From the NCBI RefSeq assembly GCF_009914755.1, contig NC_060928.1: a DNA stretch of 64,000 nt; one strand, written 5' to 3'. Positions within the stretch are counted from its first letter, which is position 1; each line of letters starts with the position of its first letter. Both the position numbers and the translations under genes were made by a program. The notes under the pieces were generated by a model. It made no database searches. It saw only the letters and a program-made list of their open reading frames with translations, and was not told where the DNA came from. Below are positions 1-13,567 of the stretch, piece by piece. Origin of the DNA: the human T2T-CHM13v2.0 reference genome, Homo sapiens.

Positions 1-1959
1 CATTCTTAATGTTTTAGCACCAATAAGGGCTTAGATTTCTGTTAAGAATATGAAGAAGCGTATAACCATGAGCAATATTAAAGAACAATGAAATTACCAA
101 AGTTTCCAGCAGCATCTCAACTTCTGCTCCTGTAAGGAAAGTAGTTGGCCTTCCATTCCTTGTAGGACAAGGTTTGCTTGAGTGCTTTCTGGCATGCTGG
201 AGGTTCCCCTTTGTGTATTGTGTGCATGATTTAGAAGAAGCTGTGTCAGCATTGATTTATACATTGACAGCTAAGGATAATAAGATATGGGCAAACATAC
301 AGCTCACCCTTTTACAGATTAACCTGGAGACTGCATTAGGCAAATTTGATAGCATTAAAAGATTTTGCCGATTTGTCTGGAAACAATTTCTCTTTTGTAG
401 TGTGTCAGGGGTAACACTTCATGCCATTGTACTAATTTAAATGGCTTTGATAAATTGTTCAAGAGGTTAGAGAATAGTAGTGTAGATATATATATAGCAC
501 TTTAAAATAAAAAAGGCTATTAACTTAATTGTTAAATGAATTTAATCTGTAAAAATCAAAAGTGCTCAAGAATGTAAGTGTTTTCTTGGAACCACAGCAG
601 CCATATTACATCATGAGACTTTAAATGTCTTCTTCGAAAATAAAATACTTCTGCATTATGTCTTAATAAGTAGAAATTATTTAGGCTATTATAATAGCAT
701 GGATGTTAGCTATGATTTGGGGAAAACTTTAGTTTTATAAACTAAGGCTTATACAGGCAATAAAATTGTATCTTCTTTGGGGTGCACCTTTGTTAATAGT
801 GCACGTCCTAAATTGTACCATTTGCATGACATCAAGGTAGCCTTGTGTATGATTGTGTCCCCTAGAGAACTTCTTATAAATGAGATGTGTATTTCATGAG
901 ACATTGTCTATATACATAATTTCTAAAGTAAGGAACTTGAAGAGGCCCATCTGAAAGTCACTGGATTAAATCATTGCACCTTTATTCAGTAGTCTTGTGG
1001 GAGAAACAGCTATTTTATAGAAATGTTCAAACGGTTCTTTATGAACAGACCTCAAATATGAATTAGCCCTTTCAGTGAATGCTGAACTTGAAACGAGGAC
1101 AGGATGCATTTGTATTACGATCATAATCTTACTCCTGTTCATCCACATTCTCTCACCCAGTGCGTGCAGAGCTGAAAACTCGCCTCTTCCATGAAACATT
1201 TTGTTTCTATCTCAAGTGAAACGTCAAAATACTTTTTTAACTGAAATAATAGCATCTCTAATATTCAAGCTACTGTATTTAAACAACTGCTTGTTCAGAA
1301 AAAAAAAAAGAGTGTGGTACAGATACAATATAGTACTTCACTGTTAATTTCAACCAAGTAGAAGGCTCAATATGAACAAGAAAATTTTAATTCTAGAACA
1401 AGCAGCAGGAAAAGCAGACATAACCAAGTTTGGAGCATTCTTTTTTTGTACTATGAATTTTAACAAATAAGTGCTTAAGATATTGGAGAAGATTCATTTA
1501 CTTCAATTATGCATTATTTAGAATTTCACTGATACAGCTTTTAGGCTTTTTACCATAGATACATGTAGTGTTTTTATGATGTGCCTGTAGTATATGTTTC
1601 TTAGTGGCTTTAACCAAAATTAGCATCTTTTTAAAAAGCAAAATTGTTATTTAATACTTAAAAACCTATTTTCTGGAGAGCGATATAATTCTGGAAGTTC
1701 CTTAACTCAAAAGTATGCTGTATTTACAATGCAGAGCATTTGCATATAATGATAAAGAATGTGAATTAGTAGGATAGTGACACTTAATATAGAACAAATA
1801 CTAGCTTTCTAAAGTGTATTTCTGGTTGGGAATAAGAGCAAGCTATATGGGACATCAGTTCCCTTTCTCGATTTGGAGTCCTTGAAGGAAAACTGCTTTT
1901 AAAAGAAGGAAACCTAAAAGTAGTCTTGCTCTCTCATGCCAAGGATAGTGAAATTAACA

Positions 1960-2281
1960 TGCAGCTGGGCTTCTCTGATAAATGGATTCTGTTAGGTCAC
2001 TGAGGGGGTGCATGTGACATTAAGTGATTTACAGTCCTTTACCTTAATGAAATTGTTTCAGCAAGATGACGCTGAAAGCTCTTAATGGATAGCTTTTCTT
2101 GATCTAATGAAATTGCATTCCTATGGCATTTAATATAAGGTGCAGTTATTATTTACTGGAGCTTTCCAAGGGCTGCTATTTGCACAGACAGTTCAGAACA
2201 AAAAGATTTCAGTGGCGGCATAGAGGCGAGAATGGCTTATGACATTCGTAAGCAGATGAGTGTGTTTGTGAGGGCACTTCA
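1960..2281 (+). promoter_or_regulatory. Candidate internal promoter / alternative first exon upstream of exon 6
   Basis: Homeodomain-type motifs (TGATTTAC 2025-2032; TAATGAAATTG at 2045 and 2105), TATAAG 2134-2139, Kozak ATG 2232, donor CA|gtgagt 2282 in frame with exon 6; motif-level evidence only. Confidence 0.4.
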
Positions 2282-2384
2282 GTGAGTGTGTCCAGGGTAT
2301 CATAGACCCTTCAGGAAACTTCTCATCACCTACCCCAGCTACTGTCCATCCCTTCTACATATATTCTTCTAATCTTTTTAACAG

Positions 2385-2456
2385 GCAACTGGATTACAAC
2401 CAGATCAGCTGTATTGAAGATGGGGCATTCAGGGCTCTCCGGGACCTGGAAGTGCT
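2385..2456 (+). CDS. SLIT2: SLIT2 exon 6 (72 bp, one LRR: [23 protein letters not shown])
   Basis: ttttaacag|GCAACTG...GTGCT|gtaagt; phase 2-2. Confidence 0.96.
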
Positions 2457-5400
2457 GTAAGTACTGCTATTTCTCTTGCTCTTTTAACGGGGGCTTTGTG
2501 TCTGGACAGGACTAATGTGGAAGCTTATCTGCTAGCTTAAAACCTTGTTGTCAAAATAGTCTCTCAAGAGATACCTTAAATAACTCATGGTGAATACAGA
2601 GAAGAGTCTAAATGTGTGTGTGCAAAACCTTGCGTACCATATCTGTATATTTAGGTAAAATTGTGTAAGGTCACTCAAATGTTCTCCTTATAAATGTTTT
2701 TATGAGATTCATAGAATTTGTCATTGCTAAATATTGAGATAAAATCAACTTTATAGGAAAAATAACATAAAAAAAAACCTCTTAGTAGCTGATATCTTGG
2801 AATAATTTGTCGTTGTTAGGCAATGGAAACACAGTTTCTCATTAAAAAAATAAATTTTTTAACCAGCTGATTTAACATTATTTTTGTAAGAATACTTTGA
2901 AATCTGCTTCCTAAGGTTAATAAGCCACCCATTAGATCCATTTTCAAGTCTTCACCACTGACTTTGTAATGTACAACACGCAGACTTGAATTATAATTGG
3001 CAACCTCCTTTCCTCCCTGGGTAGGCATGACTGACAAAATTGGTTAGAGGCAACTAAGTAACCTCTATTGACCAATGACTTAGTAATTTTAATGAAATTA
3101 CAAATTTTAATGAAAACTGTGGTTACTAAAGCATTATATGCCGCCTATACATTTTTCGAATTTTTTCAGCCAAAATTCACATTTGTAGGTTTTTTAATAC
3201 ACTTACAATTCCTCCACCAATTAAAATATTTTTCTCTGCTTTATTTCATCCTTGAGAAAATTTAGTCAGAAATCTATAATTGAATTAAATGTTAGGGTGT
3301 TTTTAGTCAATTTATTAAAAGTTATCGAGAAATCATAAAATCCTTCCTTTTCCCCACAAAAAAGGAATTCATTACTTTATAAATCTAGTTTCAGGAATGG
3401 AATATCATTCTGAAAAATTAATCTTTCAGCTAAAATGGCTTATTTTATCAGTATTTTTATATGGTTTTGGTTTTAATTGCAAGAAAATAGAATTTCCAGC
3501 TGTGTAATGTACTGTTATTAATTATTTTAAAAGATTGTATGAATGAATTGATTGGGATAAAATGTGAAATATAAAAATATAGACTACTCTCTAACAACAG
3601 GAGAGGCCACCTTTGTTTCTATTGATAATGGTCTAAGTTTCTATCGGAAAAATATTCAAAGTGCTTATCATATACATTTTAGCTTTAAGACCACTATTTA
3701 AATTGTATACCAGAACCATTTTTAATATACGAAACTCACTGATGGTATCTCAGAGTCAGAATAATTAGAATGATTTCACAGTAGTGGTTTCATGGCAAAA
3801 CCATAGTCAGTGTCACTAAAATTCATAGATGAGGAGACTACCAAATTTAATCAAACAGCTGATCAAGCCAAAAATGTATTATTAAACCAGTGTTCCTAAC
3901 TAGAAATATGAATGATACCAATCATTTTATGCAAAGTTTGCTATCTTGGATGAATTAAATCCCATAAATTACCTTGTTATTAAGTTTTCAGATGTAGTTC
4001 TTCACTGTATTTATTCAATATATGTATATATACACATAAATGTATCGAATACCTACTGTGTATATTTTACAAGGTAGAGTGAACACTATGCTAGGCACTG
4101 AAATCTTTTACCCACAAATACAATAACTACATTTGATTATTTTCTATAAACTAATATCGTTGTCTTCAGAAGCAGTACGTTTATGAAAACACAATCATCT
4201 CATACATTTTGATCGTCATGATTAATCAAAATATCTAAAAAGTGACTTTAGCAAGAATGAGGCAACACACCAAAGGGTGACATTTTATGGTTCATGGAAT
4301 TAAAATAGAAATCCAAAATCTTGGAAACTCTTTTGAGGACCTTAATATATACATCTTATAGAAGTATATATTGGTCAGAGTTTGTTTGTTGAAGAAATAA
4401 TAAAAATTAGCATATGATAGAAGACAATGTAAATTTCTTCTAAAAAGATTGAAATATTTTATATTAAAATTTTATAAAGTTGATCAGACATTACTTTAAA
4501 TGTTTTTTTTTCAATCCTCATACTTTAAACAACCCCTAGAAAAATCAGTTGATAAATAACTTAAGGCAAAATTGGAGCACTGAAAAGACGATAATTTATG
4601 AAGCCCAAATCACTTGTGAAATACAACAAAAGTTTACCTATTACAAATGTTTGGTCAAGAGCTTAAGAGAGGTTGCATGAAGAAGGGTTCTAGAAAGATG
4701 ACTGTCTGTTTTGCTTATTTTTACCATTCGTGACTCTTTAGGATGTACTGTCTTATGTGGAAATAATGAAGGAACATTAACTTACACATTGCCTTAAATT
4801 TCAGATTCCAAGGGTTTTAGATTTTTTAAAATTTTAATTCCTTGAGCCATTTGTGAATGTATGACTATACTGAAGCTAGATGGGAGAAAATGAGGTAATG
4901 GCCCTTGGTCATTGATGAAAAGTATCAAATTAGGATATATATGAGCGTACAAAGAGTGAACAGAGTCCAAGAAGTCAAGTGAAAATCTAAGGTGGATGAA
5001 AGCAAGGAAGCAGTTTAACACTTGCACGTTCACGGAGAACTGGTTTATTGTCAGATTCTGATTTGTAGAACTTAGAAGTAACTGCATATTTTCTTAATAT
5101 TTAGATACCATCTCAAAAATAACATTGGAAACTAAATCTTGATCAGTATTTTCCCTTCTTTGGACACTGGCCTCAGAAATGAAATATATCCCTTGAATTG
5201 CTGCTTTTACATGTTTATTTTTCTTTTTCACAGAATGAACATAATTTAGTGTAATTTAATTGTAGTGATTCATATCCACTAAATACCAAACTCTGCCAAA
5301 CGATATGCATGGTGGTAAGGGAATAAGATGACTAAATCAACATACAAGTGTGAGAGGTGCTCCATGATTATACAGGCTAATATTTATACATCAAGATGTC

Positions 5401-7868
5401 TTTTGTATTAGAATACTCATTACAAAGAAAATCTTGAAGTTGAGCACAGAAATAGACTTACACATGGGAGAAAATGTTCACAACTAAATAATTACAATAT
5501 ATAAATTTCCATTATTTCAGAATGGAAGTTGACCATAACCATAACATACACAAGTAATCATACTTAACACTTATATTTATTATTAATTTTAAAAATAATT
5601 TTGTTGGTTCTGCATATTTTTCAGTCATTGAGTATCAGTATCAGTACTTCTTTCCAGCATCAGTACAGAATAAAATACTAAGATAATGTATTCCTTTAGT
5701 TGCATTATGTGAACTAACATTTTGAGAAAAGACTTCAAATTGATAACTGAAGTTTTTGGCATTCAATGAAAGTTTTCCTTTGCATGGAGATATAAGAAAC
5801 TATAGTTCAAAATTAATGCATGTCTGCTCTCTGTGTAGTACTTAAAACAATTTATTCCCAAAGTCATATTTCAGAATGCTATATACTATAAAGATTTTAG
5901 CCATATTAAGTCAGCATAAATTTTGAGGATGGGAAAAGGGATCATTTGAAAGCAAATCCCATTGAGAAGTTTAACCTTTGCATTCAAACATCAGGATATA
6001 TTTTAATGGCATTTGAAAAAGACATCTCATTTCACCTGCACATAGGAAAATGCTAAAAGCTCTTAGGTAAACTGAGCCAACAAATCCAGTGCTCTGTAGG
6101 TCCCCCATAAAGTGGTTTATTTTTTGTGACTTAATTCAAATGACTTAGAATAGTTCTTATATAATTCAATACATTGCAAAACAAGGTGGTAAAGAGGGTC
6201 CATGCATGATCTGGGTCTCTAGCTGACATGCCCTGTTTTACTGAAAAGTTTTTGTCAATCTCTTGACCTCTGAACGCACCATCAATAACCGCAGCCACCA
6301 ACTGGCCCAGAGTGGCCTCAAAAATATATTTTGTGTAGCTCAAACATAAGCGGTCTACAGACTGTTTGAAATGTTTTAATTAGTTGCCACTATTTAAACA
6401 TTAGAAAGATCTAAAAATTTTTATCTCTAGCTTCCCTTGGAAAATCTGATTGTTTGACAGCCCTCCCTTACAGCAGGTCAGTAGTCCATTGGAGCTGGAG
6501 ATTATCTGCCACAAGAGAGACTATCATTGCTAGCTTACCATATTCTTCACATTCCCCAAATGTCTGCTTTCTTCCATCTCTCTTGCCCATCATTGTATAT
6601 TTTTGCACGTGGCCTGCTTCGCTCATTTCTGTTCTCTGCTCAGGCCCTGCAGTGAACTTGCAACCCCTAATTCAAATCCTTGTCCAGTATCAACTTCATC
6701 CAACAGGACCACTGATGCTCTTTCTCCTACCTCCTTCAGAGGAACTTGCCTTCTTTAGTCAACACCTCAATGTGTACCTTTAGTCTCTCCCAGTCTTAGA
6801 ATTGCTTTCCATGTCTACACTTTACTTGTATACCCCCCGGGATAACTTCTACCACTTTCTTATCACAACCAGATTTTTCTGAAGGGTGATGAAAGCTCAT
6901 ATGTTAGCCTTATTAGTTTTTGTAATTTGTCCAATCATCTCCCCAGCTGGACTGTATGCTATCTTAGGACAGAGTATATGCCTGATTTATTTTTATAATA
7001 CTCCATGTTACCATAAAATAATAGCCATTTGGGAAATATTTGATGAATGAATGAGTAGTAATAGAAGTAGTAATAATCAATAATAATAATAATAAAACTA
7101 ACAAAGTTGCACTGGGGGAAAAGTAAGGATGTTATTTATTTTCACAATAACTCTTCACCACACATATTCCTGGATCTGCTACCTCAAGAAAGCATGACTG
7201 CTGCCACACAGCAGTAAACAAAGGTGAATATGCTACTGCAACTAAAAACCATTAGAATGGATTAATCTTTTAACACGGTGCTACAGCAAGTTACTTCATC
7301 CCCACCTGGTGCAAGTACCAGATATAGATATAGCTGTTTCCACTCAAATTTCAGCAGTGGCTGATGTCTGCGGTAAATAATAGTTATCAGGACTCTGTTC
7401 CAAAGCCTGACACGAATGATTCTGTATTGTTGCTATGAGAAATCAGTAAAAGAATATTAATTCAAATACGTTCATTGACTCATGGACACTAATTACACAT
7501 AATGCCACTCTACGGAAATGTAATTGGGCATATTTTCCAACTGTAACTATCCCGTGTTTATTTCTTAACCAATATCCTAAATAGACATGCATGCACAAGG
7601 TACATAAAGTAGAATGTAAATAGTCAAACATGCTATGAATGAAGCCATAAATTTGTAGTAAATGTTGAATAAAACAAAATGTACAGTAATATGTTAAATT
7701 ATGAAATTATTTATCAACTTGTCTATAGAGTAGTGCATTCTCTGTGTCATCTCTACAAGGTAGCTGTCCTGCATAAGCATAGTACAAGACGTTTTCTCTA
7801 TGTTAATATATAAAATGATCAATCAATTTTGTATCTAAAAATTCTAACTTTTCTTTTTAATTCTACAG

Positions 7869-7940
7869 CACTCTCAACAATAACAACATTACTAGACTTT
7901 CTGTGGCAAGTTTCAACCATATGCCTAAACTTAGGACTTT
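7869..7940 (+). CDS. SLIT2: SLIT2 exon 7 (72 bp, LRR: TLNNNNITRLSVASFNHMPKLRT)
   Basis: ttctacag|CACTCTC...GACTTT|gtaagt; phase 2-2. Confidence 0.96.
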
Positions 7941-10487
7941 GTAAGTAGTCACAATATATGTAAAAGTCATATTAATCAATTAAAGCTTCCCCTTAAATAG
8001 CATGTTCAGTAAGCAAAGGACAGGACCACTGGTTTACAAGGTAGACAAGGAAAACCCAACTTTGGAAAAGACTAGATATGATATTTGTGGGAATGAGCTA
8101 TTATTCTAGAAACTGGAAAGATTTCTTTTAACTGATATGCATTATGGAAACTTTGGAGTTAAAAAAAAACAACATTTACTTTGAGCTATTGTGGAGGTCA
8201 CATTTCATTAAGAAATGGAAGACTCCTTGATTGGCTGTCAGAAATGATAAATGGGAAATCTTTATGATTTTATTACTGTACTGCAAGCAGACCTAATAAA
8301 GCTAAACTGGTTCTTCAACATTCCTTATAACGTGAAATTATAGCATCACCCTCTAGTACTTCTATAATTAAGATTGTGTCAGCATTTATATTTAAAAATA
8401 TCTTTCTGGGTTACAGATGGACATTAAGATATTTTTGGTCTAATAAAGTATTGACTACAGCTGTTTCTTTTCTCTTGAAGAAAAAGTAATCCTTAAAGCC
8501 CAGAGTAGCCTTTAAAATCTTTAAAGCCCAGGGTGGACTTTAAGTTATAGAATATCAGAGGTAAATCTCATTTGAACTGAATTTCAGAATCACCTTGACC
8601 TAAAAAAATATATTACATATAACGTGTAGGACATGATTGGAAGCAAAACCAAAGCATCAAACTTCTTGAAAAAAAAGTGTTTTTAAGTTGGGTAAATATA
8701 TTTTGATTAGATTTTCAAAATACTCCTCATTTTCTGATAGCTTGTAACTGGAAAATATTAATTTTATTTTCTTAATAAAAATTTTGAATTACCATCTTTT
8801 TAATGAACTAGGTAATACCAATTTTAATGTCATTTTTTTCTTACTGAAATCCAACTCTGTACATAATAACACATCATTATAATTTCCTTGGAATATTATT
8901 TAGCAAAATAAAGGAATTCTACAAGTATACAGACATAGCTAAATTTTGCATTCTTGGGGCTATCAGAATAAGACTAATCTGACAGAATTAACAGCCTAGT
9001 TCACTCAAAACTATAATTTCCCAGTAACTTCAGGTATTTTTTTTAAAAAGAAATTGATTCAAGCTTTCAATCTTTGCAAAAACAAAGCCAATGAAATTGT
9101 AAAAACATTCATCTGAATTTTTGACAGTGTCCCTTATTTTCTTGTAGAAATTCGTGAGTTTGTCTTACTAATCAGGTTTTTCCATTTTTACATTCTTTTC
9201 TCATTTCAAGTTCCTAATTGGAATTTTTATAATGTGCTTGGTTTAGACGGAAATATTTAGAGTACAAGGATATGGAATGTGCCTCTGTGGCTTCCAAAGG
9301 CCAGAACTTCAACTTCCAAGCAAACCGAGCAAGAGGTCACCCATCTTTCCCAAAATGTAGCTTTTTGTTCTGTGGTACGCCTTCTAGTTGTGAAGCAAAA
9401 CATTGTGTTCCTTATCTATAAGCTCAAGGAGAATGCAAAGCAGCCATTTTACTTGAAATTCCTTTGCTTTGGTTGGGTCATTATTCTATAGTATCATTGC
9501 TACTTAAAAATTCCATTTTTATAGTCTAATTATCTTTCTGGACTGAGTTCCATGTTTTAATATCCATTACTGTTATTGGGTTAGAATTGAACACATCAGC
9601 TTAAAAGGACTAAAATGGTATTACTGTGTCATAGATGGTTCTGGGAATGGTGCTTTGATTTATAGCTTTGGATGTCCTTTTCTTTAGTTTGAGAAAACAT
9701 AAAAGCCAGTTTGAAGTCATTTACCTAATTTAGTGGATACATTTGTCTGATATTTTATTAATGGAGAAGTGCTATTTGCCACTTGGAAGCAATCCATGAT
9801 CTTGTGTGGATCCTGCCAACATAGAGCGACTCACTTAATTCCTTCACTCCCAGACATTTGTGCCTTTTAATTTCAGTCCCTGCTCTTTGAGGCTAGGTCT
9901 CCAGGAGCCAAAGGAGCTAATCCCTTTTCTGTGATTAAACAACAAAAGAAGGAAATGAGAATAAGGGTGTGAAAAAAGTGTTTTATATTGAATTATTATT
10001 CTGTCTTGTTCAGCAAAAAATGCAAGTGTCCTGCTGCAAAGGTTTTATAAGCGGTTTCTATAGAGACTCATAATGGCAGGAATTATTGATATTTCAAACT
10101 GGGAGCCACAACTTTTACTAACTTGCCCCTCGCCCAGTCTCCCCATTCTCCCACCCCACCCCCATTGGCTCTCAGGATGTTGGAACTGTGGAGCAATTTG
10201 CATTGGACTTATTTTTTTCTCTTTCCTCTTTTAAATGAACGTAAGTGAAATATGTTCGTTTAAAACATAATTTTATGGACATATTCAAGCTTCTATAAAT
10301 TGCTCAGTTCAGACTAAATGAAGAGAGACTTGATTCTGTGATTGTACATCAGTTTAATTTTTAGGAAAAATAATTATATTGGAATCTGCTTAGCTTTATC
10401 TACTTCTATGTTAAGAAATACAGGTATATATTAATGAAATAACGACTTTCTGTTTTCTTGCTTTACACTTCTTTTTTTCTCATTTAG

Positions 10488-10651
10488 TCGACTGCATTCA
10501 AACAACCTGTATTGTGACTGCCACCTGGCCTGGCTCTCCGACTGGCTTCGCCAAAGGCCTCGGGTTGGTCTGTACACTCAGTGTATGGGCCCCTCCCACC
10601 TGAGAGGCCATAATGTAGCCGAGGTTCAAAAACGAGAATTTGTCTGCAGTG
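10488..10651 (+). CDS. SLIT2: SLIT2 exon 8 (164 bp, LRRCT of domain 1: [54 protein letters not shown])
   Basis: catttag|TCGACTG...GCAGTG|gtaagg; CxC..W LRRCT motif; phase 2-1. Confidence 0.96.
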
Positions 10652-11170
10652 GTAAGGGAGAAGGAAGAGTGATGTTATTGTGTTTATTGTATCCTGTTAT
10701 GTAACAGAATGTGAGGGCTGCATGCGTCAAAGGTTTCAGTATTGTTCACTAATGTGCAATTGTGCACTAATCACTCTACAGAGATCCTCTTTTTCAGTGA
10801 AAATATGTTCTGAGACCTCACTATATCGGTTGGCAAGTACTGGTTACTTGTATCTAAATTATGATAAAACACTTTTCAGTTTTCACTCCAGGGGAAAATA
10901 TGGAAAATCGCTAAATGATGATTCTACTTTTGATTTTTTATTTTCCCATTAAGTAACAATTTATAGCTACTTTTATGTTAACAATTGAAAAAAAATGATT
11001 AGCTAATCCTGGATCCCTGCTATGAAATTCAAAGAGCAATTCAGCCATAGTTGCAAAGTAACAAAATACTTTTCATGCATACATGTATACTAATGGTTCA
11101 GTTTTACTTAAAACAAATATTAAATGACCAGCTTTAATAACAAACATCTAAAAACAAAAATAAGACATAG

Positions 11171-11822
<652 letters not shown>

Positions 11823-12035
11823 TCAATAGCTAACGTTTACTGAGTTTTTTAATATGCTTAAGCACCAACCTAAGTATTTCACATATATTTACCTCACTTC
11901 ACCTCCCTTATAACAACTGTATGAGAAATGTAATATTATCTCTATATTTGGAGATTCAAATGCTGTGAAAAAGAATATCCTTGCCAAAGTTTATGTAGTT
12001 GAGTCCAGGGATCTCAATAGAAGTGGTTTGATTAC

Positions 12036-12140
12036 ATACATACACACACACGTGCATGCACACACACACCCCATACATAGTATCTTATTTGTATATGTGT
12101 ATATATATGTGTGGGTGTGTGTGTATATATATATATGTAT
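12036..12140. repeat. Mixed (CA)n/(TG)n/(TA)n low-complexity microsatellite
   Basis: Visible dinucleotide runs. Confidence 0.75.
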
Positions 12141-12470
12141 GGTTGGTTCTGCTTCAGCCTTAGAAGTATCTGTTCAAAATACAACAAAACAAAATTTTAA
12201 GAAACGTATAATGCATCGTAAGTAGTTCACAGATTTTTAAAGGCAGGGTAGGGAGACATGACTAGTACTTGATGCTATTAAATGGTTATATTTTAGACCC
12301 TTGTTTGTGTTTTTTCACATGTTTTATAACCTAAGAAAAATTTTTGTATAATATCATGGAATGTTCTCAATATGTCTGATTGCTTTTTTAAAAAATTAAA
12401 TAATGAAATGACTAACAGTTCGTTACTAACCACTTTTTTCTCTCTTCACTTTTTCCTTTCTTTTTTCTAG

Positions 12471-12482
12471 ATGAGGAAGAAG
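12471..12482 (+). CDS. SLIT2: SLIT2 alternative 12-nt microexon (inserts DEEE between LRR domains 1 and 2), GC-AG donor
   Basis: TACTAAC branch point 12424-12430, ~35-nt pyrimidine tract, ctag|ATGAGGAAGAAG|gcaagt; phase 1-1 giving VCS-DEEE-GHQSF, an isoform I recall for SLIT2. Confidence 0.88.
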
Positions 12483-13428
12483 GCAAGTTCACATTTCTTT
12501 TTTAGACCGAGGATATTTTTGTAGTTTAAGAGCTTGTTTAGAGGGATAGAATTAGCAGCTGGCTTGCAGCCTCTTCCTGGCACGTCACCACCACTAGGGC
12601 CCTTTCCTGGCAGGTTGGAAAGGGCAGTCCCCACTGTCTTCCAGAAACCATGCATGTCCAGATGCTTATTTAATACAACTGTGCTGATATTCTGTTGCTC
12701 ACCTTTCAACCATTAATGTCTCATTTAAAAATTGTTCCAAATATTGAGTAATAAAAGTACACACAGGAAGGGAGCTACTTATACCAAAATTTAAAATTAC
12801 CCAAAGCCCCCAAAAGAATAATTTTTTATTAACAATAAGATGACTTTATACAAATTATTATTATGATTTCAGATAAATTGATAATTTTGAACCTATCAAG
12901 ACATCAAATTCTGGCTTATCTAATTTTTCCCCACATTTATTGGCATATGATTATTTAATTTGAGCAACAATTATCTTCTGATGGAAGTACTACTGTTTTG
13001 TTTTCTTTTTTAAAAGAAATTACAAAGTAAATAAAGCTGCATGAATTTGATAAAGACCAAGCTCTATTTAATCTTATTAGGAATGAAGATAAATTAGTCT
13101 GAAGTTGCTGGGCTTTTGGAAATTAGAATAGTTTTGAATGTAATTCTGATTTTAAAACTGAATTTAGCTTTTCTCACAAGTTTTAAAAATTAGCAGTCTT
13201 ATGACCAGTTTTTAGAATCTCATTTACTTCCTCTCATTTGCTTTATTGACCTGAATATATAAATGCATGCCTCCTAAAATATATTTTAGAAATATAGGAC
13301 CATTTTATCATCATGTATTTAAAGAGATTTATTTATGTGAAATGCTTTGTTACTTGAGCTAAGTTTGTCTGTTTCACAATTATGATATTCAGGAGGAAAA
13401 ATATAATTCCTGTTTATTTCTTTTTTAG

Positions 13429-13567
13429 GTCACCAGTCATTTATGGCTCCTTCTTGTAGTGTTTTGCACTGCCCTGCCGCCTGTACCTGTAGCAACAATA
13501 TCGTAGACTGTCGTGGGAAAGGTCTCACTGAGATCCCCACAAATCTTCCAGAGACCATCACAGAAAT
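13429..13567 (+). CDS. SLIT2: SLIT2 exon 9 (139 bp, linker + LRRNT of domain 2: [46 protein letters not shown])
   Basis: ttttag|GTCACC...GAAAT|gtatgt; overlaps ORF 13443..13643. Confidence 0.96.

Noticed and set aside
8493-8543. 23-bp imperfect direct repeat TTAAAGCCCAG.GT.G.CTTTAA x2
   Set aside because: Only two short copies; ordinary slippage duplication, not CRISPR-like
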